The translations under genes and the position numbers were made by a program. Under the pieces are notes generated by a model. It saw only the letters and a program-made list of their open reading frames with translations, was not told the origin of the DNA and searched no databases. Of a stretch of 50,953 nt of DNA, positions 9,093 to 18,113 are shown piece by piece. The DNA comes from a virus (lineage: Duplodnaviria > Caudoviricetes). Position 1 is the stretch's first letter. Each line of letters starts with the position of its first letter. The stretch covers positions 1 through 50,953 of the IMG/VR virus record IMGVR_UViG_3300032305_001455; one strand, given 5' to 3'.

Positions 9093-10216
9093 GTACTGCA
9101 CAGGACATCGTGGCCTACCTCCTCGCGACCACCGGGGGCGGGGCGCAGGACGGCGAACATGCAGCCGTCAGGCAGGCGGTGATCCACGGCGTGCGCGAGG
9201 TGACCCAGTGCCGGAACTGGCTGTGGCACACCCGCACCGGCTCGTTCACGACCTTGCAGATTCAGACCACCGGCTCGATCACAACGGGCAGCAAGGTCAT
9301 CGCAGTGGCCGACGCGACCGGGTTCGTGCCGGGCCGAGTGGTCGCAGTGGGCGCCTCTGTGTTCCCGACTCCGATCCGCATCGTCAGCGTGAATGGCAAC
9401 AACGTCACCGTCGATGTGGCCGCGAACCAGACGGCCAACGGTGTCACAGTCCTGCCACAGACCTACTACGATCTGCCGTCAGACCTAAAGGACATCGACA
9501 CGCTCGTCACCAACACGGTCGGCTCGCTGCACTGTTACCTCACCCCGCAGGAATGGCAGCGGCTGGAGATCAACACCAGAGGGGCGGGCGAGCCGTACTA
9601 CTACACGCTGATGCGGTCTGACCTGAACCCCGACAGGTGGCAAGTGCGGTTCGTGGGTGTTCCGGTCAACGGGACGGTGGTGCATTACACCTACCGCGTT
9701 CGCCCCAAGCCCATCAAGTACATGGGCTACGAACGCATCACACGGCAGGGCACGATCACGCTGGCTGGCTCCAGCGTTACGGGCGTGGGCACGGCGTTCC
9801 CACTGGACTGCGCCGGTGCCGTCATTCGCTTTGGCTCCGCCGGGATGGAGGCCGAGGCGCAGGGGGCAACGATCCCCTATCTGCTTGAGCGCGACATCTC
9901 TGCGGTGGCTTCGGCCACGGCGCTTACCGTCGCGAACAACTCCGCGTCACTCCCGGCCAACACCAAGTACGCGATCACAGACAAGATCGATGTCTCGCCC
10001 ACGATGTACACGGCAATCCTCTCGGCTTGCGAAATGTGGTACGCCCGCATTGCAGGCAAGCCTGCCGACGCAGCGATGGCCGTCTTCAATCGCGACCTTC
10101 GCATTGCGATGGAAAACGATGTTCTCGCGCCACGCTCCGGCAGGCCGCACAGCACGCCCTATCCGACACCGCGCTCTATGGGCTGGCACAGCGAACTGAT
10201 GCCTGACATCGGATGA
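9089..10216 (+). CDS. Head-tail adaptor (T7 gp11/P22 gp4 position) with inserted beta domains
   Basis: Helical N-terminus followed by WLW, YYDLPSDL and PYYYT patterns. Lies between portal and nozzle genes. Confidence 0.6.
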   Translation: MSTAQDIVAYLLATTGGGAQDGEHAAVRQAVIHGVREVTQCRNWLWHTRTGSFTTLQIQTTGSITTGSKVIAVADATGFVPGRVVAVGASVFPTPIRIVSVNGNNVTVDVAANQTANGVTVLPQTYYDLPSDLKDIDTLVTNTVGSLHCYLTPQEWQRLEINTRGAGEPYYYTLMRSDLNPDRWQVRFVGVPVNGTVVHYTYRVRPKPIKYMGYERITRQGTITLAGSSVTGVGTAFPLDCAGAVIRFGSAGMEAEAQGATIPYLLERDISAVASATALTVANNSASLPANTKYAITDKIDVSPTMYTAILSACEMWYARIAGKPADAAMAVFNRDLRIAMENDVLAPRSGRPHSTPYPTPRSMGWHSELMPDIG

Positions 10217-13200
10217 AGATTCGCCAGTGGCTTGGGTACAACGAAGACGCTTCGCAGTATCTGCTGCGACCGGGCGAACTCCGTGTACTCAACAACTTGC
10301 AGGCCCGGCGTCCCGGCATGCTGCTCTCGCGCCGTGGCCTGACCAAGATTTACGGCAAGTACGATAACGAGGCCATTTACGGCCTGTACCGACGAGCCAC
10401 GATCCTTGGCTCGCCCAACGACTTCCTCTGGCTCCAGAAGGTGCTGGTCGAGAAAGAACTGACCGGCACGCAACTGGCGGCGCAGGAGTACGGGTTTGAG
10501 TACGTGTGGATGCTGCGGCGGATCGAGGGGTATCAGTCCCGAATCATCGACACCCTGCCAATCACGCCCACCGGATCAACGTCTCCGATCAGCAACATGT
10601 GCGTGGCCGAGGATCGGCACGGTCGCATGTTCGTCTTCTACGGACACGGCGTCGAGCCACGGCTGTACCGGCCAAGTGACCTTGCCAACGTAGCCATCCC
10701 GATAGGACTGTTGGCACCGAAGTCCGCGCCGTCTGTGCTGCCGGAGGGAACCGGCTACTTCATCGAGAACGTCGATGTGAAGTCCGGTGGCGGATCGTAT
10801 TTTGAGCCACCCGCTCTGACGCTGGTCGGCGGCTCGCCAGATCGCGCAGCCAAACTCAAGGCCATCGTGCAGTCTGGCAATGTGGTCGGCGTGGACATCG
10901 TTGACGGCGGCCTGAACTACAAGTCGCCGCCCCGGATCGAGGTCGCGTCTGACAAGGTCGGCACTGGGTTTCGGGCGCGGGGCACGATCTCCTCAAGCGC
11001 CCGCACTGTCAGCGGGTTTTCCGAAAGCGCCTCCGCCACGATCACCGGCACAGCGGCGTCAGCCACGCAGACCTACGGGTCAACGGACGGCACCACGGGC
11101 AACAGCATCCTGTACCGCTCGTCGCCCACGGTTGCCAAGGTGCGCATCCTGTCTGCTGCCGGTGCGAACCTCACGCTCAACAACGTCACGGGCATTCAGA
11201 ACGGCGACACCGTCACCGTCTACCCCGCTGCGGCTCCCTTCAACGCCGGGACAGTCACTGTTACGGCGGTGAACATCTCGACAAATGTGGTGACGGTGTC
11301 GAGCAACGCTTTCTCTCCGGTTGCCAACACTTCGTATGAGGCGACTTTCCAGCGGGCCAGCACCATCGCACAGGCCGAGGCGGCCTATGACACCAACACT
11401 CGCCGATTCCGGGCGACGATCCCCCTGTCTTCGGCCTCTGCTACGGGCAAGGGGGCGCAGGCCACGCTGGAGTTCTCGCCGTCGCCGCTGGGGTTTGGGC
11501 TGAACGCCGCCAACAACGCCTCGATCACGGCGATCAATCGCAACTGGCAGACCTATCGGCCAATCAGCGGCGGCACCCAGCGCTTTCTGTATGACGAGTA
11601 CTGGGCCGGGTCGGACTTCGATGTGAAGGGCAGCGGCGAAAACTCGATCTACGGCGGCCTTCAAGCACACGGAAACCGGCGTGTCCGTGGGCGCTCCGGC
11701 ACTGTGAACGGTCGCCGGGCAGATGTGTATTGGCCCGACTATAGCGCGATCAGTGTTTGGTTTTGCACCGGGCAGTACTCCGGCGATGACGCTCACTGGC
11801 AGCGCGTAAACGTCACGGTCGAGACTGAGATCGATCCCAACACAAACATCAGCGCCAAAGTGCTGCGGTTCCGCTTGAAGCCAGCCAAGCGCGCCCGCGC
11901 GGCGCGGCGGATCGGCGGCGCAACTCTCGCAACTGACTACTCGCCCTACGATGATTTGCCTGATCCCGTTGCGCCCGAGGTCAAACTGTACCTGCGCGAG
12001 TGCCCGGACTCTTGGGTCGCCAACGATTTCACACAGTGCCTGCCGACACAGGAGAAGGAGGCGCAGCCCAATCGCCTGCCTTGGTGGTCGCCGCAAACCA
12101 CCGTGCCGAGGCCAATCGTTGACATTCGGCCATCGTCCCAGACCCCGATCACCGCTGACTTGGTGACAATCACCGACGCGGGGCGCGGCTGGGCCAAAGG
12201 CCAAGTGTTCGCCTTTCGCCTGTATCAGGCCAACGCATACGCCCAGACGGTGGACTACAACACCGCCGTCGTGGAAGACGCCAAGCGCGCCGCGCACGTG
12301 CGCGAGTCCACGAAGTACGTGGAGTTCCGGTTTACGGCAAACACGCCCGACAATCTGACGCCGCACGGCCCGCCGCAAACACTGCTCACTCCGGCCACGG
12401 TGACGATTCCGGGTGACGGCTACGCCACCGGCGCTACGGGCACGGTGACGTTGCTTCGCCGCGATGTTGGCGCCGCCGCATCTACCGCCGTGGCGGCACA
12501 AACCCTGACATGGTCGGCGGCCACGCTCGACACGCTCTCGGCGCAAAGCACCGGCTCAATCGCGTCTATCACGATTTTGAACAAGGGCCAGAACTACTTC
12601 GCCCCGCCGACTGTTCTGGTGCGCGGCGGAGGCAATGGCTACGGGCTGGCGGTGACGCCAACCGTCGAGAACGGGCGGATCGAGTCGGTGCAGATCACTG
12701 ACCCCGGCGCGTCTTACACATCGGCCCCCGAACTCTACACCAGCGCGCGGGCGGCGGAACTGACCACCGTCATGCGTCCTGCGATGCGTGGCAAGTACCG
12801 CTGTGCGTACAGGTACGTGGATCGCACCGAAACTGTGGTTGCCACCGCCACGGCTTCTCGCCTCGACTCGCCCACCACCCTGTCGTTGACCGGCTATGGC
12901 GCTGCCGAAATCAAGCCCGACATGCTGGTAGAGGGCACAGGCATTCCGTTTGGCTCCAAGATCAAAAGCGTCAACGGGGCCGAAGTCGAGATCAATCAGG
13001 AGATCACGGCGCTGGCAAACACTGGGGCGCCAGTTTGGCAAAGCGACCCGGCGCGCACCGCTACTCCGCGCTCCAGCAACAGCGCGTCTCGCATTCTAAC
13101 GGGATCGTTTCTTGACCCCGGAGAGGCGATTCGCTCTCCAAACGGGCGATACGAACTCAAGATGGAGACAGGCGGCGACCTCACGATCACCGACCTCGAC

Positions 13201-15999
13201 ACCTCCACGGTGATCTGGAACGCGGGCACCAGCATTGCCGGTTCGCGCCTGTCCTTTGGCGGCTTGGGGCGCATGACGATCCGGTTGGGCGATGACCTGC
13301 CGCATTGGTCAACACAGACATTCGCGCCCGGCGAATACCCCAATGCCGAGTTGGAACTGCTCAACAGCGGCAACCTTGTGATCTTCGCCGCGCGTCCGAC
13401 AACAACCGTCACGATTCGCGACCTGACCAAGCCAATCGCCTACAGCGACTTGTCGCCCATCTTTGATGTGGACGCCGGGCCAAACGACAGCCGCACGCAT
13501 TGCTCCAAACTTGTTTGGTCACTGCCGGGCGCGACTCCCCCCGACCGTGCCGACATGGTTGAACTCTGGCGCACCAGTGCCGACCAATCGTTGGTGTTCT
13601 ATCGGCTGGAGGCGTATGGGGCGCCCGGCCCGAACGGCGTCGAGATCGTGGGCGGGGACACGCTGACTGACGAGCAGTTGTTCGACCCCGACCGGGCCAA
13701 CTACGCTGCCATGCCTGTCGTGCTGCCCAACGGCTCCGTGAATGCCTATCGCTTTGGCAGGCCGCGCACCGACATGGCCGTAGGCGTGGCGTTCCAAGAC
13801 CGCCTTTGGATGGGGGCCAGCACTAGCGGCAAGGATGTCAACACGCTGTTCTATAGCGAGTTTGACGAGTTTGAATCGTTCCCCGATGTGAACGAACTGC
13901 CGATCCAGAACAACCAGAAGAACACCGACGTTCTCACTGCGCTCGTTCCATTCGGCAGCATGCTGCTTGCGATGCAGCACTCGCACACCTACGCCGTTTC
14001 CTACAACACCGACCCGGCAGTAGACGCCTCGATCCAGATGATGGCGCACCGAGGGTGTTTGCATCAGCGCGGGTGGGACATCCACGAAAACGTGCTGTAT
14101 GCCGCCGACGAATCGGGCATCTACTCGATGGCCCGTAACGGCGAGGTCAAGGACATCAGTCTACCCATTCGCGACTTCTTCGTCAGCGAGTTGATCGACT
14201 TCAGCAAGCGGGAGACGTTCTTCCTACAGACCGATCCGCGCACGCACATTCTGCGGTTCTTCTGCACGCTCAAAACGAACCCCACGGACACGCCAGCGTT
14301 CGCCCTGTGCTTCGACATTCAGGCGGGCACGTGGTGGACAGAGTCCTATCCCAACAGCCTGACCGCAGCCTGCACCGGCAGGCCGAGCGATGCGCGCCTT
14401 ACCACGATCCTGCTGGGGGGCGTGGATGGCAACCTGTATGAGATCGCCGGAGACAGCGATCACGCCAACGACTCCCTCACCGATGCGTTCGTGACTGCGG
14501 GCGGCAGCGGATACCGGGAGGCTCCCGCTATCACGGTGCCCAACTGCACAGGTGCGGTTGTCCGGGGCGTGGTGAGCGAGGGGCGGCTGGTCGATGTGAT
14601 CATCCAGAGCGCTGGCTGGGCCGCATCGTGGGGCATCGGCCTGCTCGCAGAGAACAACAGCCCACTCGCCACGCACGATGGGCTGGCGTTGCAGGGCGTG
14701 GAGTACGACGCCATCAAACTGGACATCGGCGCGCCGGAGCCGGGCGGAGTGCAGGCGGTGGCCTATGCCAACTACACGGTTACCCCTCTGGTTCGCCGCC
14801 TCTGCACGGTGTCTAAGGGGCAGGACTACGTTCGCCTCAAGCCCCGCAGGCTCACGACTATCGAGCCAGCCGTCACGGCTAACCTCTCCTCCGAACTGTC
14901 CGCACTACTGACCACCGAGGCCACTGCACCGATCCGGCTGGAAACCCCCGTAGCCGAGATTGGAATGGAGGCTATCGGGCCGTTCATTCCGCTCAACGCA
15001 TTCGTGTCGCGGATCGACGGCCAGAACATCCACCTCACGCACCCGGACGGCACGCCGGTCAGCATGCTGTTTGGGGCCGCGCGCGTGTACGGCCCACCCG
15101 CCGGGCAGACATGGATCGACCAGCAAGAAAGCACGATCCTGTCTTACAACTCGATTGGCGAACTCTTTGCCAACAGCACCGCCATTAAGTTCTGGGGCAA
15201 TCGATTGACGATGGCTGCGTTTGCGGCCAACAACGAAACGCCGCTCGCGGCGGAGCGCATCAACGGCGTCAATCAGTTGCTGTATCGCAACAACACGTTT
15301 GGCTTTCTGGCCGCGTGGTCGATGACCGATTCGTGGGAGTACCTTTCCACGCTGGAGTCGCATTCCTTGGGCACGGCTGCTGCCAAGGCCATGGAGGAGC
15401 GATTCCGTGTAGACGCGACCGGCGACGGCTTGGTTGGCAATGCGCCGGGCTGGCTGGATTACGGCGGCACCGAAATGGAAGTGATGTTTCGCAAGCCGTT
15501 CCGCACCCACGTGCCGTTCCGCATGGCAACTGGCTTCATGCAGTTGGTCAACGAGGACAACGCCAAGGGTGGCGACGGCCTGATCGACCGCTCTGTCACG
15601 GTGGTCTATACGCCTACGCAGTCCGACAAGGAAGTCGAGATCATCGAGCGGTTCAACGGACGCGACGAGATGCGGGCCAACCTGATGCGCCGCGACCGAG
15701 GCGGGCCGGGCGGGTTCGTGCATCGGCAGGACAGCGCCAGCACCGTCCTCAACACCAGCCGTGAAGCCTCGCATCTTGGGTTTGCCACGGGTGTTGCCAA
15801 GGCCAAGTTCGCTTCCCGCGTGTACACGGACATGACCGGAGAGGATCAGCATCTTCAGGTCGAACTGTACGGCAGGCCGGAGCAGGCCAGCCCGTGGGAG
15901 CGCACCAACTTTTGGATCGCGAACGACATCGTCAAGCAGCCGCATCAGTTCGTGCTGCACAGCCTGAACTTGAACGGAGTTGTCGAGGATGCCGAGTGA
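10213..15999 (+). CDS. Giant tail nozzle/stabilisation protein with accessory domains (B-lectin-like, W-rich-like, GxGY repeats)
   Basis: 1928 aa. Nozzle-like segment FQDRLW...LFYSE...ESFP...TALVPFG. Follows the adaptor gene. Several GxxYxxxPxV repeats. Confidence 0.7.
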   Translation: MKIRQWLGYNEDASQYLLRPGELRVLNNLQARRPGMLLSRRGLTKIYGKYDNEAIYGLYRRATILGSPNDFLWLQKVLVEKELTGTQLAAQEYGFEYVWMLRRIEGYQSRIIDTLPITPTGSTSPISNMCVAEDRHGRMFVFYGHGVEPRLYRPSDLANVAIPIGLLAPKSAPSVLPEGTGYFIENVDVKSGGGSYFEPPALTLVGGSPDRAAKLKAIVQSGNVVGVDIVDGGLNYKSPPRIEVASDKVGTGFRARGTISSSARTVSGFSESASATITGTAASATQTYGSTDGTTGNSILYRSSPTVAKVRILSAAGANLTLNNVTGIQNGDTVTVYPAAAPFNAGTVTVTAVNISTNVVTVSSNAFSPVANTSYEATFQRASTIAQAEAAYDTNTRRFRATIPLSSASATGKGAQATLEFSPSPLGFGLNAANNASITAINRNWQTYRPISGGTQRFLYDEYWAGSDFDVKGSGENSIYGGLQAHGNRRVRGRSGTVNGRRADVYWPDYSAISVWFCTGQYSGDDAHWQRVNVTVETEIDPNTNISAKVLRFRLKPAKRARAARRIGGATLATDYSPYDDLPDPVAPEVKLYLRECPDSWVANDFTQCLPTQEKEAQPNRLPWWSPQTTVPRPIVDIRPSSQTPITADLVTITDAGRGWAKGQVFAFRLYQANAYAQTVDYNTAVVEDAKRAAHVRESTKYVEFRFTANTPDNLTPHGPPQTLLTPATVTIPGDGYATGATGTVTLLRRDVGAAASTAVAAQTLTWSAATLDTLSAQSTGSIASITILNKGQNYFAPPTVLVRGGGNGYGLAVTPTVENGRIESVQITDPGASYTSAPELYTSARAAELTTVMRPAMRGKYRCAYRYVDRTETVVATATASRLDSPTTLSLTGYGAAEIKPDMLVEGTGIPFGSKIKSVNGAEVEINQEITALANTGAPVWQSDPARTATPRSSNSASRILTGSFLDPGEAIRSPNGRYELKMETGGDLTITDLDTSTVIWNAGTSIAGSRLSFGGLGRMTIRLGDDLPHWSTQTFAPGEYPNAELELLNSGNLVIFAARPTTTVTIRDLTKPIAYSDLSPIFDVDAGPNDSRTHCSKLVWSLPGATPPDRADMVELWRTSADQSLVFYRLEAYGAPGPNGVEIVGGDTLTDEQLFDPDRANYAAMPVVLPNGSVNAYRFGRPRTDMAVGVAFQDRLWMGASTSGKDVNTLFYSEFDEFESFPDVNELPIQNNQKNTDVLTALVPFGSMLLAMQHSHTYAVSYNTDPAVDASIQMMAHRGCLHQRGWDIHENVLYAADESGIYSMARNGEVKDISLPIRDFFVSELIDFSKRETFFLQTDPRTHILRFFCTLKTNPTDTPAFALCFDIQAGTWWTESYPNSLTAACTGRPSDARLTTILLGGVDGNLYEIAGDSDHANDSLTDAFVTAGGSGYREAPAITVPNCTGAVVRGVVSEGRLVDVIIQSAGWAASWGIGLLAENNSPLATHDGLALQGVEYDAIKLDIGAPEPGGVQAVAYANYTVTPLVRRLCTVSKGQDYVRLKPRRLTTIEPAVTANLSSELSALLTTEATAPIRLETPVAEIGMEAIGPFIPLNAFVSRIDGQNIHLTHPDGTPVSMLFGAARVYGPPAGQTWIDQQESTILSYNSIGELFANSTAIKFWGNRLTMAAFAANNETPLAAERINGVNQLLYRNNTFGFLAAWSMTDSWEYLSTLESHSLGTAAAKAMEERFRVDATGDGLVGNAPGWLDYGGTEMEVMFRKPFRTHVPFRMATGFMQLVNEDNAKGGDGLIDRSVTVVYTPTQSDKEVEIIERFNGRDEMRANLMRRDRGGPGGFVHRQDSASTVLNTSREASHLGFATGVAKAKFASRVYTDMTGEDQHLQVELYGRPEQASPWERTNFWIANDIVKQPHQFVLHSLNLNGVVEDAE

Positions 16000-16675
16000 T
16001 CTTGAGAAAAGCCTGATCAATGGCGGCATCTCGCCAGCAGCCGCCAAACTCATCAGCAACGCCATCGACAACGCCGCCACCGGGCGGCTGTCCACCGGCC
16101 CGCAGTTATCGGACGCCACCCCGACCGACCGCATGCGCATGATCGACGCCGATACCCGCCGGTATCTGCTGCCGAACCTCGACCACCCCGTGGATAGTCC
16201 ATTCCGAGCGCGCGTTCGTGGCAGCGGCGTGAAGTATCAGCCACGCGACACCCGGCACCCGTATGACGGCGCCCAACCCGCATCCGCCTCACCCACCCTG
16301 TCCACGCCCAATGTGAAGGCCGGGAAGTTTGTCTCGGTGGCTACCGGAGCAACGGACGAGGTGTCGCAGTCCGAGGTGACGCTGAACATCCGGCAGCAGG
16401 GAGGTGACCACGCTCGCCTTAACGCTGCGACCGGCGAGGTCGAGTCGGTGCCGATTTCGGTGGAAGTCGAGCCAAAAGAATATTTAGAGGCCACTGTCGA
16501 GGAACGGCCCGAGGGCACGGTGATCCGCATCCGGCTCAAGCCGCAAGAGTTCATGCAGATCAAGAACATCGAGCAGATCGAGATCAAGGACAGCCTTGGC
16601 GGGCAATGCGGGATTAAGAAGGTAGGCACTCCGCCCGGCGAGTTTCTCCAAAGCGCGTTCTTGTGGACAGGGTGA
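15989..16675 (+). CDS. Hypothetical tail/virion protein
   Basis: ORF overlaps the nozzle stop. This position often encodes a tail needle or fibre-docking protein. Confidence 0.55.
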   Translation: MPSDLEKSLINGGISPAAAKLISNAIDNAATGRLSTGPQLSDATPTDRMRMIDADTRRYLLPNLDHPVDSPFRARVRGSGVKYQPRDTRHPYDGAQPASASPTLSTPNVKAGKFVSVATGATDEVSQSEVTLNIRQQGGDHARLNAATGEVESVPISVEVEPKEYLEATVEERPEGTVIRIRLKPQEFMQIKNIEQIEIKDSLGGQCGIKKVGTPPGEFLQSAFLWTG

Positions 16676-16679
16676 CGGC

Positions 16680-17276
16680 ATGCGTTCTGACTACGGAAAC
16701 CCCGGTTACAAGCAAGTCGGCAACTGGACGCCTTACACGGGCACCGCCGACAAGAAGCCTGCCGATCCGCCGCCGCTGGGCCGCATGCCGCAGCCGGGCT
16801 TCCGCAGCCCGCGTTTCCCCACCGTAGGCCCAACGGAAATCCAGCCGCCAGCCGGTGGCTATCAGTCCTCGATCTCAACGCGCCCGCCGCTCGATCCCGG
16901 TCGCATGGCGCAGATCAGTTCCGTAAAGCAGACCCCGCAGTCCTACGGCTCCGGGGCCGGGGCGTCCTCGCGGGCCGCGCTGTCCCGCTCTGTAGCCGAC
17001 TTCAGCCGACAGTCGCTCAACAAGTCTGCCGACAAGTTCAACACCGAGTACCGGCAGCAGGCCGAGAAGGCCCGCGCCGAGGACATTCTTGCCCAGCGAC
17101 AGAACGCCAGCGACCGCTTCCAAATGGAGGTCTACAAGGCGATCTTTGGTGAGGACACCGACACGCGCTACACGACGGGCATCAAAGACCTGTCCCAGTA
17201 CTGGCACACCGAGAGGCTGAACGAGAACGCCGAGCAGACCGCTATGTGGCTATCGATGATCGGGGGGCTGCTCTAA
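16680..17276 (+). CDS. Putative internal virion/ejection protein
   Basis: P/Q/G-rich N-terminus, helical middle and hydrophobic C-terminus MIGGLL. Confidence 0.5.
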   Translation: MRSDYGNPGYKQVGNWTPYTGTADKKPADPPPLGRMPQPGFRSPRFPTVGPTEIQPPAGGYQSSISTRPPLDPGRMAQISSVKQTPQSYGSGAGASSRAALSRSVADFSRQSLNKSADKFNTEYRQQAEKARAEDILAQRQNASDRFQMEVYKAIFGEDTDTRYTTGIKDLSQYWHTERLNENAEQTAMWLSMIGGLL

Positions 17277-17789
17277 ATGTTCACCAACTCGCCCAAGACA
17301 AACTCGCCCACGCAGTACAAGACCAACAACAACTACAGCACGACGTTCACCGGGCCGATCACCCCGGACGCGCGCCTGCAAGACTCCAGCCGCAACCAAG
17401 CGATGGCGCAGGCTGCTTATCAGGGTGACCAGCGCCAGTACAACCAGCAGCAGGGCAAGGGCATCGGCGCTGGCGGCAAGATGGGCGCCTACAGGTCTGG
17501 CGTGCAGGCCGACACCGAAGCGGCCAAGGGGTACGCGCAAGCCCAGCAGGACATGCTGACCAAGTTCTCGGACTCCGCATCCTCCGACTTGCAGTTCCAA
17601 GAGCGGCTGGCTGGCGAGAAGGGCTGGGTGCGCGACCTGATCTTGGGCCGCGACCAGACCCTCAACCGGGAACGCATGGCCGCTTACAAGCGGTTTGTCG
17701 ATGTCAACCTGTCCGACTACGAACGCATGATCAAGGAGGCGGTGGCCGCAAAGGCGCGGCAGACCACGATCCTTGGCGGCCTTATTTGA
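17277..17789 (+). CDS. Putative internal virion/ejection protein
   Basis: Q/A/G-rich helical protein ending ILGGLI. Abuts the previous gene. Confidence 0.5.
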   Translation: MFTNSPKTNSPTQYKTNNNYSTTFTGPITPDARLQDSSRNQAMAQAAYQGDQRQYNQQQGKGIGAGGKMGAYRSGVQADTEAAKGYAQAQQDMLTKFSDSASSDLQFQERLAGEKGWVRDLILGRDQTLNRERMAAYKRFVDVNLSDYERMIKEAVAAKARQTTILGGLI

Positions 17790-17798
17790 GGTGTGGCT

Positions 17799-18113
17799 AT
17801 GGAAATGAATCTCGGCAAGAACCCGTTCAAGAAGTTCACGAAGTCCGCTCTCATCGAGATGCTGGAAGACGCCGTGATGTCGGAGAAAGAGCGCTCTCTG
17901 CCCATCCACAAGCGCGGCAAGAAAGAGAAGGCAGACAAAGACGAGGCGACTGAAGAGGCTGACGAGGAGCGCGAGAAACTGGCCGACCTCGCAGAAGAGC
18001 AGCACGGCTCCCCTGCCCCGGTCGAAATGGATGACGAAGACCTGTCCGACGAGGCTATGGACGAGATCGAGTCCAAGGCCAAGCCCGCGCCGAAAAAGAA
18101 GCCCAAGAAGTAA
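17799..18113 (+). CDS. Small highly charged protein
   Basis: GAGGT RBS, D/E-rich core with K-rich ends, TAATG coupling to the next gene. Confidence 0.6.
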   Translation: MEMNLGKNPFKKFTKSALIEMLEDAVMSEKERSLPIHKRGKKEKADKDEATEEADEEREKLADLAEEQHGSPAPVEMDDEDLSDEAMDEIESKAKPAPKKKPKK

